Shown piece after piece: positions 53,206-64,000 of a stretch of 64,000 nucleotides of DNA (position 1 is the first letter of the stretch; each line of letters begins with the position of its first letter). The stretch lies in assembly GCA_964016885.1 (NCBI GenBank), contig CAXHJY010001691.1, forward strand, positions 62,001 to 126,000. Reading direction: 5' to 3'. The position numbers and the translations under genes are program-made. This DNA comes from Eledone cirrhosa. Its lineage: Eukaryota. The notes beneath the pieces are model-generated. The model had not been told where the DNA came from and searched no databases. It was given only the letters and a program-made list of their open reading frames with translations.

Positions 53206-53290
53206 GTGTTATCAACTGGACAGAACATCATTTTATTGAGTCAGATGCTTTATGAAATGAATGCTGACAACCGTGAATTATTAGATATTG
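53206..53290 (+). CDS. FOCAD: Focadhesin-like gene, exon E
   Basis: acttttag acceptor, gtaagt donor. 85 nt, phase 0-1, reads VLSTGQNIILLSQMLYEMNADNRELLDI. Phase matches the next exon. Confidence 0.78.
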
Positions 53291-55215
53291 GTAAGTGGCT
53301 ACATAGTTTTTCTTACCCCTATCAACTTCCATAAACTAAATGACTAAATCTCTGAGATTAGTTGTTTTTAATACAGTTATAATTTGTAACTCTTTCATGT
53401 ATATCACCGACACTAGGGAGGTTGTCATGACTGTGACACAACAGATGGGTGCTCCTAACCTTTTGTTTGGTAAGCTTTGTATCACTGGATGTCTTTACTA
53501 TCAATAACCTTTTGTTTGTCAAGATTTCTATGACTGGGTGCTTTCCTGTCACCAACCACTTTACAATGTGTATTGGGTGCATTTATCATGTAGATCACTA
53601 ACACTAGGTAGGTTGTCATGACTTTGGCCCAGCAGAAGGGTCTTCCCAACCCTTTGTTTGGCAAGCTTTCTATGACTGGATGCCCTTCTTATTACTAACC
53701 CTTTGTTTGGCAAGCTTTCTATGGCTGGATGCCTTCCTGTCACCAACCACTTTACAGCATTACTGGGTGCATTTATCATATAGATCAATAACATTACAGA
53801 GTTTGTCATGCCCTTGACATGACTGAAGAGTCCTTCCAAATCCTCCTTTAAAATTGCATGTGTAGAATCTTCACTGATTCTAACCCCAGCACTGATTTGG
53901 CACATTGTCAAATAAATATCCCCCCTTATCAAGTTTGGCACTTCCTTGATAACAACTGCATTGTGGTTTGTTGACGGTCTCCAGGACCAAAATGCTGGTC
54001 ACTCTCTACCGATGTGTAACCAGCTTTGTACCTACTGTACTATCCTTTTATTTGAGTAAAATCCATGGGGTCGATTCTTCCTTTACATCTCTTTCTCATT
54101 TCATTTCTCTTACCTACTCTGCTTCTCTAGAAGAAATCTGCTGTGTTCAGACATGGAGAGGAATGGACTCCACCAGACTTCAAATGCCCCCAAAATGCTG
54201 TATGCTACTATGGCACCCCAAATACTCCATCAGGAATTATGGGACCATACCATACCATACCAAAACCCATGGCATTGTCCCCAAAAGTCTGCTGAATCTT
54301 ATGAATTGTTTCTGCTTATGAATTTCTAAGTTTTTAGCAAACCTTGATGCAAGATTGTTTCTCTACACTTAGTACCATCTTTATCAAAGTGAAAATGTAA
54401 TGAGTAAATAGTACTGCATCTCACACACTAACTAAATAACAGTGATTCTTGGATCCAGCAAGCTTGCCAAAACCTGCTCTTGTGCATGAATACCATTAGT
54501 TCTTACAAGAACAAATATAGTCAAATACATTTTTGACAGATCGTGTATGAAGTTTATATTTGTTAGTTTAGCCATTATGTGTTGTTGGTTTGGATAGACT
54601 CAATTTCCCTAAATAAGTCTTGAGTGTTCATCTCAAATTTTCTTTGATTACCTTGGCACAATTGGAATTTCCTACTGCCATACCGTCTCATTGTTTTTCT
54701 CAAAGGCAGTGTCAGTCTCATTAGCAGTGTCAGACAACATGCTTTGCAACATATAGTTACATTCTCAGTTCAAATTCCGCTGAGGTTAGCTTTTCCTTTC
54801 ATCCTTACAGGGTTGATAAAACGAAGTACCAGTAACAGACTGGGGTTGATTTATTCGACTTTCCCTCTTCCCTTCAAATTGCTGGCATTATGCCAAAAGT
54901 AGAAACAATTATTTCACTCAGCTTGAATCGTCCCTTCCATATATACTACTTAGTTCAGTCACTGCTTCAGCACACGTCTAGTGATACTTCTTCCTTTCTC
55001 TGTTCACTTAAATCTAGTGTACAGTAGTATTGTACACCTATCATACTCCTCTCATATCCTGTTTTTCCATATATTACAACCCTTACATATGCATCATAAA
55101 CAAGTCCAAAAGACTTAGAGCTGTGTGTGTGTGAGAATGTCTGAATGTGTGTGTGTGCATGCAACTTCGTAAACCCCAAATACCATTTAAACTTTCAATG
55201 TTACTTATTCTGTAG

Positions 55216-55436
55216 CTTTAATTATACTGAACACCAACAAGACTGCACTTCATCCTGTAATCCATGGATGCTTAATATTACCCGTGCTATACCTTATGTT
55301 GTCACCCCAAGCTGACGAATTGACTCAACTTTCTATACAAACATCAAGTACATCCATCATAGAAGCTATGGAAAAAATTCAACTAGATTACAAGGATATA
55401 GCTCCAACAGAGTCTAATTCCACAACAGAAACAGTG
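55216..55436 (+). CDS. FOCAD: Focadhesin-like gene, exon F
   Basis: ttctgtag acceptor, gtgagt donor. 221 nt, phase 1-0, reads ALIILNTNKTALHPVIHGCLILPVLYLML...TETV. Confidence 0.8.
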
Positions 55437-57384
55437 GTGAGTTTTCTTTTTCTTCTGTCTTTCCTCAATTGTATATTATAGTTTTTATCAATAATAGTTT
55501 CTCATTTAGGCACAAGGCAAACACATTTTTAGCAGAGGGGAAAATCCTTTATATCGAATCCATTACATTACTGGTACTTTATTTTATCGACCCTGTAAGG
55601 ATGAAAAGCAAAGCTAACCTCATTGGGATTTGAACTGAGAATATGAAGGGATGTAACTCCATGCCATAAAGCATGTCCGATGCTCTACTGATACTGCCAA
55701 TTCATTGCCATAATTTACCAACAATGATTTCAACTATAGGCACAAGGCTAGCAATTTTGGAAAAGGGGAAAGTCGATTAAATTGACCCCAGTGCATTACT
55801 GGTGCTTTATTTATCGACCCTAAAAGGATGAAAGGCAAAGCTAACCTTAGCGGGATTTGAACTCAGAAAGTAAAGGGCCGTAACTTTATGCTACAAAGCA
55901 TGGTGTCCAATGCTCTATCGATTCTGCCAATCTATAATGCCACATGTTAGTAGTAGGAGATTTTGTATCCTAAATGGTAGGATGTTCAGTGTCTTGATGT
56001 GGTACATTTCATTTTCAACATTCTCCTTAGTAAAACAAATATCACATATCACTTGTTTTCGTTCCTTTCATTCCTTTGAAAAATATTTTATTATCACTAA
56101 TTAACACCTACAGGATGAATTAATTACTGCCTACAGGATCAATTATCAGTATGAAACATTTGGCATGACAAGGTTAACAATACTACCGTAATTTTCATCT
56201 CCTCTCTGGTTGTCCTTCAAAGGAGATTAACTCTACAATGTATGTTACAAAATGTTTCTAGATGATTATAGATTAACGGTACCTCCCATCATACTTATTA
56301 TGCAACAAGCTGGATGGAAAATGAAGACCAAATTCTATAGTCAATTGGTTACCACTCTAATAAGCTAGCTAAATTCAATACTTTCATAAAAGAGTAATTT
56401 ACATCAACAGTTTCATAGTCTTAACCATATTCTATAAATTTTTTTGTGTCAAATTTATCTTATATACCAAATTTTTATAGTTAAAGTGATTAACATGCAG
56501 GGGAACTCATAAGAAACTACTCTAAGTGAAACATGAATTATATCTTATTATTTTTAAAATAAATATTGTGAAACAAATATTCATGGAATAAAAAAGTTAT
56601 GGTTAATAAGGGACCTGGTGTCTTGGAAACAATATAGATAAGAGAAGAGAGACGAGTGAGATCTGAGTGGAGGTGACATGAGATCAGTCAGATATGTGAA
56701 ACAAAGGCCATTATAGTAGTAAGAAAAGCAGAGAGAAGAGACAAAACATTTGTGTGTCAGAATCTGGTGCATGCCTGTAAGTGACATGATGCCAATCAGA
56801 CGAGTGGTGTTTTTCTGGATACTGATTTGGCTGTTTGTGTGTGCAGCAGTTGCACCTTACCAAATGTGGGAGTAAAAATCCTTGTGAGTCCAACCTGAGC
56901 TTTGTAGAGGGACAAAAATTGATCAGGTTGAATGAAGTGGCATTGCAACTTTAAAGAGAAGGAAAGATGGGTGACAGCATGTCAATAGCCATCATCATAT
57001 GTACCATATTTCGCAGCGCCAAAGACGCTTCGTCCTCGAGGATGCACCCTAATTTTGACAACCAAAAATTTGAAAAAAATTAATAAACAACCTTCGGCCT
57101 TCGGGACACATGGTAGATTTTTGAGACTTATTTTAGGAAAAAGGTAGTGCCTCCAATGCCGGGAAATATGCTATATACAGTTGTCATATATTGTTTTTAC
57201 TCATTTTAGTCATTTATCTCTTTCATTATTTTTATTCATGCACTTTTTTTAGCGTTGTGGTTAGAGAATTGGATTTGCAATCATGAGGTTGCAAGTTCAA
57301 TTCACGGACAGTGCAATGTGTTATGTCCTTAAGCAAGACACTTAATTTCACTTTGCTCCTTCTTCCAGGAGTTGAAGCTGGTAA

Positions 57385-57777
57385 ATAATAATTGTTTCTA
57401 CTTTTTGGCACAATGCCAGCAATTACCCAGTACATTACTGGTACTTTATTTTATCGACCCCGTAAGGATGAAAGGCAAAGTTAACCTCGACAGGATTTGA
57501 ACTCAGACCATAATGGGACATAACTATGCTAGAAAGCATGGCGTCCAACCCTCTACCGATACTGCCAATTCACCGCCCTAAAGCTGGTAAATAATAATTG
57601 TTTCTACTTTTGGCACAAGGCCAGCAATTATCCAGTACATTACTGGTACTTTATTTTATCGACCCCGTAAGGATGAAAGGCAAAGTTAACCTCGGCGAGA
57701 TTTGAACTCAGACCATAAAGGGACGTAACTATGCTATAAAACATGGCGTCCAACTCTCTACCAATACTGCCAATTCA
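57385..57777 (-). mobile_element. Second SINE family, tandem pair
   Basis: Two copies, each preceded by a duplicated AAGCTGGTAAATAATAATTG. Confidence 0.85.
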
Positions 57778-58301
57778 GCAATGGATAGACCAATGGAAAC
57801 ATTATTTCTTTGGTCCAGTTTGACTAGTTCCATCCGACTCAGTGAGTGAGTGAGGTCTGAGAGCTTATTGATCATTTCCATTCTTCTATTATAAACTTGA
57901 TACATCTACAACTTGATCTCTGGCAGTCTATCTAGCTAACAATAACCAGATCAAATATTAGAGGGATATGGGTTGGCAGTAGCAGTAGAATTTTGAACAA
58001 CATGCTTTGTAGCATAGAGTTATGACCTTTTACATTCTGACTTCAGATCTCACCAAGGTTAGCTTTGCCTTTCATCCTTATAGGGTCGATAAAATAAAGT
58101 ACCAATAATGCACCGGGGTCAATTTAATTGACTTTTCCCTCTCCAAAATTCTTAGCTTTGTGTCTAAATCAGAAAACAGTATTATCTTTGCTTTGTCTTT
58201 TCTCAGTATTTATTTATATAGTAATGCTTATATGCCATTTTAAACAAATTTTTTTTTTTACCCTCCTCTCTTTTTAATCTCCTCTCCTTTTAATATTTTA
58301 G

Positions 58302-58571
58302 CCAATTTCCTGGTCTGAAGAACCATGTATGACTGAAGAAGCATATAAAAGCAGGCTCTATTTGAAATTGTGTTGTGATATAGTAAAGGAATCGGAAATA
58401 AATTGCCTTCTGTTAATGAACAACATCAAAGAATCCCTGGTTTCCATCACTGAAATACCTGTGATATTGACCAACTTTTTAGCATCATTATTTGTCACAC
58501 CACAATGTACAAATTTGTCTTCAATTGCTATGAATGGTTTACTTGTAGTTGCTGAAAAGGATGACAATCAG
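58302..58571 (+). CDS. FOCAD: Focadhesin-like gene, exon G
   Basis: attttag acceptor, gtcaga donor. 270 nt, phase 0-0, reads PISWSEEPCMTEE...LLVVAEKDDNQ, similar to recalled FOCAD LAQADSSQ exon end. Confidence 0.82.
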
Positions 58572-58671
58572 GTCAGATTGATATCCTTAATAATCTATCA
58601 TCATCACCATCATAAAAAACCACCATCATTTTCATCACCACCATCATCACTATTGCCACCACCATCATTTA

Positions 58672-59190
58672 GTCTTCCTTTCACTTTGAGAGAGAAACCA
58701 TTCGTAGACAGCTGTTGTAGTAGCTCCATCAACTCTTTCCAACTGGTTCTCAAGCTGTCTACTGCTCTTTTGGAACTGCTTCATTGCAAATTTGGGCACC
58801 CGGGTAACAGAAGCTGTCAACTACCTCTAGAGAGCCATCTGAGCTTTTAGTATGGCTTGTTTCATGCGAGCTCTTATTGCTGATTGCATCTGTGCATCTG
58901 CCACATACAAAGCCTACATTCTTTGCTAGCCTGCCCAAGATCATTTTGTTCATAGAGAGGACTTTCTAACTACTCCTTTCTAGCATACTGAGAATTGACA
59001 TTTCTCTGAAGGAATCAGGGCCACGTTTTCTTTTTTACTGACTAGTCCTTAAGTCTTTGCCATGCCTGTGGATGTAGGTTTTGCTTATATGTATGGAGAT
59101 TCTTCTTTAATTCTGTTTCAGATTTTGTTATGAGGACTAGGTCATTGTACATAGTTCTCATGTGCAGCCATTCTTAAACTCCTTTGATGT
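58672..59190 (-). mobile_element. Old degenerate RTE copy of the PHD-bearing lineage
   Basis: Translation KNVGFVCGRC...LEVVDSFCYPG matches the young RTE. Confidence 0.7.
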
Positions 59191-60231
59191 GGGTGTCTAC
59201 CTCCTTGATAGTGATAACAACATTGTTGCTGTTGATATCTCCACTGTCAGTGATTACTATTATATTATATTGGCACAAAGCTCTGTTCCACACTGTAAAT
59301 GTGGTTGGTGTTAGGAAGGGCATCCAGCTGTAAAATGCCTGGCCAAATTTACAGTCCCATCAGAGCAAGGTACAGAGTGGCTGATTCTGGTCAGACTTGT
59401 CTCCCAGCATTGACAACACATCTAACCCATGAAAGCATGGAAAAATGGATGCTAATTGGTGTTGATGATGATGATGAAAGCTACAAATTTAGTAGGACAT
59501 TTAACCAACCCACGTACATTACTAGTCCCTATATTATTCCCCTTAGATGTTTGAAAGACAACGCTACTGAATATTTAAATCAAAATATAAAGAGACATGA
59601 GTAAATACTGCAAAGCATTTTTTTTCTGTATTCTAACATTACTAGCATCTATATGACTAACTTTTGTACAGAAGCAGATATAGTCAACTGAATTCACCTC
59701 ATATATTCATTACTGATAATTATTTTATAAGTTCTAGAGTATTTAAAAGCCCACTGAACCCCTAGCAAAAGATATTGATGAAGCTAATTAATGAGGCACA
59801 TTCAATCCAGTCAGAACAATACCTTAATGTTGGTAGGGGGGGGGGGGGCAGTTAGGGCTGGTTTGAACAGAAAGAGATGAGAGAATTCTGGCCAGATATG
59901 GCAGGTTTATGTACTTTTTCTTTGAACATTTACCATATATACTAGAATATAAGCTGATACAAATATAAGGTGACCTCACTATTTTATGTCTGAGAAATGG
60001 ATAAAAATCCAAACCTTATTTACGTAGAATTTGACCCTGAATATAAACCAACTCACTGTTCTACCATCGATTTTTTTATTTATTTTTTTTTTTTTACTCA
60101 CATATTCCTCAGCTTATATTCGAGTTTATATGGTCAGTCTGAAAAACGTAGACATAAGGCCAATTATAAATAACTCAGTATGTAGCTGGTATTATATTTG
60201 TTTAATGTTGTTGCATGCTATTTTTTTTCAG

Positions 60232-60336
60232 GCTTCATTTTTGCTTCCTCTGTTTCTCTATCAAATTGGACGTGAACCAGATCCATATCGCAAATTGAAC
60301 ATACTTGCCGCTATTCCGAAACTTGCCCAACACAAG
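60232..60336 (+). CDS. FOCAD: Focadhesin-like gene, exon H
   Basis: tttttttcag acceptor, gtattg donor. 105 nt, reads ASFLLPLFLYQIGREPDPYRKLNILAAIPKLAQHK, similar to recalled FOCAD LIPVLMFKLGRPLEP...LPKLGVHK. Confidence 0.88.
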
Positions 60337-61267
60337 GTATTGCCATTTACATTATATATTTTGAATGTACCATGCTAATTTCTAATTTGATTTTACTTAT
60401 TTTTTATGAACATTTTATTTATTTTTTATAAAAATCATGATAGCTATGTTTATTTTATGCTATATTCAAAGTAGGAAGGGCAACATGCATGGAAAACCAT
60501 TGGGGTAGGTGATTGTGGGTAGAAAGTTTACGATCATTGCCCATGGGTTACTCCAGTCGAAAAAAGTGCATCAAGGTTTCGACAGCTGATCTGAATACTG
60601 ATTGGTTGAAAATGTGTGGAATCAATTAGAGGCACCAAGATACCAGGTGGTATTGTTAGAATAGTTAACAAATTACGTCGACCAGATAAGGATCAAAATA
60701 ATTATTTTATATGTCCTAGAGTATTTAAAAACAACTGAACCCCTAGCAAAAGAGATTGATGAAGCTAATTTCTGAGGAACATTCAGTCTACCATCTTTAG
60801 TTTTGTTAATAATTACATTTTATTTTTTATTTAATATGATTTTTCTTTGAACATTTACCATATATACCATTTACCATATATAAGCTGATCAAAATATTAG
60901 ATGATATCTCATTAGTTCATGTCGAAGCACATGTAAATTACAATTTAGGAAAAATGGAATGTTTCCCAAATTAATCGGAAAATAGAGCGAGAATGCATCC
61001 ATGGTGGAACACCATTGAAATTGAAATTTGCTAATTATTTTAATAACTTATCATCTGCATAGCCATTCCTGCATCTACCCAATATATTTATAAAATATTG
61101 AAGTATAGTATGCATAAATGTATAACTCGAAATCCTGTGCATTGTGTATTTAAAATATTTTTGAAATTATTTCAACAGATATTTAAGCATTAAGAAAAAC
61201 TGAATGCTTTTATAAGATTGGTTCGAAATATTATAATTGATTTTAAAATCTTCTGTCTCTCCCATAG

Positions 61268-61497
61268 GCGGTAGTGGGTCCAATTTTGAAATCTATTCAA
61301 GAATTGGGCAATTACAAGGGGCTGAAAGCCACTTTCCTTACATTACTGACAGAATTGTGGCAAATACAGGACCGATGCTTCCCCCAGTTGCAGAAAGCAC
61401 TTACTGATGTACCCATCACTCCAGATAACATACCATCCATTCCTGAAGAAATAGTTTTTGCTAAAGCACAATCAATTAAAAATATCTGCAAATTAAG
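61268..61497 (+). CDS. FOCAD: Focadhesin-like gene, exon I (gene continues beyond the window)
   Basis: cccatag acceptor, gtaatt donor. 230 nt, reads AVVGPILKSIQELG...LWQIQDRCFPQLQ...AKAQSIKNICKLR, similar to recalled FOCAD LWEKQDRVYPELQ...AKAASIRDICKQR. Confidence 0.9.
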
Positions 61498-61859
61498 GTA
61501 ATTTTCTTGTTGAATATATCATACTGATGGTAGAAGTCAATGAAAAGACTGTTTTTACAAACTATGCTAAATTGTTAGTGAAAGCAGACAGTATAATGGT
61601 TTTCTTTCTTTAAAATGTCTTTAATTGATTAATGAAGCACTCTAATCAGGTTTCAAATCATTTTCTCAAAAATGTATTTTTATTCCATTGAAACTAGTGA
61701 ATGAAAATATTTTAGTTTATCACTCTAATATTCTGATACTGGTGGTCAGTTGAAGCTTCAGCCTGCTATTTGTACTATGTAACCCAGTATAAAAATATTG
61801 TAGATTATCAAGCTAATATTTTAATACAAGTTGTTAGGTCAGACTTCTGCCTGCTACTT

Positions 61860-62190
61860 GTAACATGTACCCCAGTACAACCTGCTTAATTATCGAGTGG
61901 TCAGTGACTAAATTGGCTCCTCTCACCTTACCTTGGGCTGGTAAGGAGTGTAAGTAGAACTCCAGCAGCACAAAAACAGAGCTGTTAAAAGGGCATATGA
62001 ACTGCTCAGAGTCCTCATGGAAAAAAACACAAAGAACCATAGCCAACTATGGGTTAAATAGCCTGCACTGGGCGAAGTGGGGTGAGTATGGCTACATCCC
62101 TGGCATGACCACAACCAAACAGAAAGTAGTGGCGGTCAACCAGGGAGGGGTTCTTCCAACGGGAGTGAGAAGGCCTTAGATTATATTTTA
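61860..62190 (+). repeat. Unclassified interspersed repeat (inverted copy at about 48560-48850)
   Basis: Shared GTCAGTGACTAA, CAGCAGCACAAAAA.AGAGCTGTTAAAAGG, GGGTTAAATAGCCT and CATGACCA.AACCAAACAGAA. Confidence 0.65.
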
Positions 62191-62427
62191 ATACAAAAAC
62201 AAAAAAAAGATTTTCTACTACATAGGTTATTTTATCAGAATATAGTCTAAACTATGGGTTTAAAATTTGGCTGAAGCCCATGAAAAGTAATATTGAAATT
62301 TTTTAGAAACTATTATTTCTGGGTACTGAATACAGTTGTACATTATGAACTTATATTGAAATATTTCTGAATACAAATAAGGAATTTTCTTATATTCTTA
62401 TATAATATTTAAAGCCAACAATATATG

Positions 62428-62853
62428 TGTAACGAAGGGTATTAGTAGTGGTTGTTAGATGAAATAACAAGAATAGCTGTTTTACTTTATATATAAAAAG
62501 GTTTACTTCACTTCAGTCAAAAAGAACAATAAACAAGTTACCACGAGTTGCGAAGGTTGATGATGTTATTTTGTTGTTGGTTCATGAGGCTGGTGTAGTC
62601 TGAGACCAGTTGACTGTAGACCTCAGCAGCCTGAAGTAGGCGGTGAATCTTTCACATAGCTATGCTATAGCGTATGGCTCCAATCTCTGTGTAAAACGTG
62701 GGAAAATATAGGCTTTATATACCTGTCGCTTTCTGTCTCCCTACCTCGAGGGATTGCCTACACATGAACCTGTCCACGCTGAAAAGGATGGTGACCTAGA
62801 ATTTGACTTTTAGGTGTCACCCAAGGTTCAAGGCGTGGACAGATTTCGCTACA
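62428..62853. mobile_element. Solo LTR (Gypsy-type)
   Basis: TGTAACGAA...TTCGCTACA termini with a 4 bp TSD TATG (62424-62427 and 62854-62857). Confidence 0.75.
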
Positions 62854-63732
62854 TATGTACATAAGCATTTCTATAAATGTTTTATTTGCAAAATTCTATG
62901 AATAACCAGCTTTAGCTTCTTTGCCTCGGTACCAAGTGAGTAAACATTACTTATGATGGGTTAATAGTCCTGAAATACTATAGTAATTGGCATTCTCATG
63001 AAGCTTCTGAATCAGCTATCTCATGATGAGAGGTTAAGATATTTACAGTGAGACTCATATGTTTAGCGCATCCAGCAGTATAAAACTCACCAGGCAAATG
63101 GTTGCGAAAACTCTTCATTCATGTCAAGGACAGGACAACTTCTTTAGTGTTGGTGATTTACACGATAAACACACCCAGAACACACTCCAAAATGATTGGT
63201 GATAGGAAAGGCATCCAGCTATAGAAATCTTGTCAAACAGAGGGTTGGGAGGAATCTAAGTTGGGTCAAAGACATGGCAACTCTTCTTGTGCACTTAGTG
63301 GAATGTGAGACCCAGATCCCTGGCCTGCCTTGAAGATCAGTGACTCCGTTTCAGTACTGCCTTTGTATTGACTTGTCCAACCCTTGCTAGCAGGGAATAT
63401 GGACATTCAAATGATGTTTTATTATACATAAACATATTTTATATACTTCTATAAATGCCTCTATTCTGAATCATGCTGTGTTAGAGCAACTGCTAATTAA
63501 TACTAGCTAATCAAACCGGCACTATATGCAAATAAACATCTACATAAATATATTATTTGAAAAATTCTATATATAAGAAGCTTTAGCTTTCTTGCCTGAG
63601 TAACGAGTTAACAAGTGAGTAAATGTTACTGAGGATGGCGTTTGGTTTAGCATGTTTGCTGAGAGTTAGTAGACTGATTGGAGCATATGGTCTTATTTAC
63701 ATATATTCAATCACCCTTTATTCATGTTTTAA

Positions 63733-63907
63733 CCCTTTAGCATTTACATTACTTTATATTTACTAATATATTTTCATGATAATATCGAATCTTTGAGATT
63801 TTGATATTATTTATTTTGAGAAAAATATCTCAAGCATAAGCGCTTGGTTTGGACAGAAAGAAGTGAGGGAATTCTGGCTGGATGCAGCCAGTTTAAATAC
63901 TAAAGAG
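63733..63907. mobile_element. piggyBac-like TTAA MITE (second copy 8662-8882)
   Basis: TTAA-CCCTTTAGCATTTA...TAAATACTAAAGAG-TTAA; the internal sequence is shared with 8662-8882. Confidence 0.7.
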
Positions 63908-64000
63908 TTAAATAACTAAAAATTCTCTACTACTATAAAACAATATCTGTTCCAAGCACACAATTTTACATTAAATCCTTTGCTATGTTATAAACTAAAC

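Noticed and set aside
56223-56239. Possible 17 nt micro-exon (aag...gtatgt)
   Set aside because: It would break the frame; exons F and G already join in phase 0.

Overview
AT-rich, repeat-dense eukaryotic DNA, most likely from an octopod cephalopod (inferred from the SINE/RTE repertoire). The window lies inside one large + strand gene: nine phase-consistent GT-AG coding exons between 8076 and 61497 splice into a protein resembling focadhesin (FOCAD/KIAA1797), including a ~31 kb intron. The introns contain three near-identical young RTE LINE copies plus older fragments, whose RT carries an embedded C4HC3 PHD-like finger. They also contain a 5'-truncated Penelope-like element (PLE; RT plus GIY-YIG) with ~880 bp inverted arms, two tRNA-derived SINE families, Helitron-like and TIR MITEs, CRE and L1/Tx1 fragments, a solo LTR, a (TA)n-GTAAAGA satellite and a 30 bp minisatellite. 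The most striking pattern is about 11 type I hammerhead ribozyme motifs, several with non-canonical cores, together with a size series of fold-back PLE-like insertions (about 0.13, 0.33, 0.61 and 3.3 kb), each with a one-sided tail and next to (TA)n. All calls were made by eye, and repeat boundaries are approximate.
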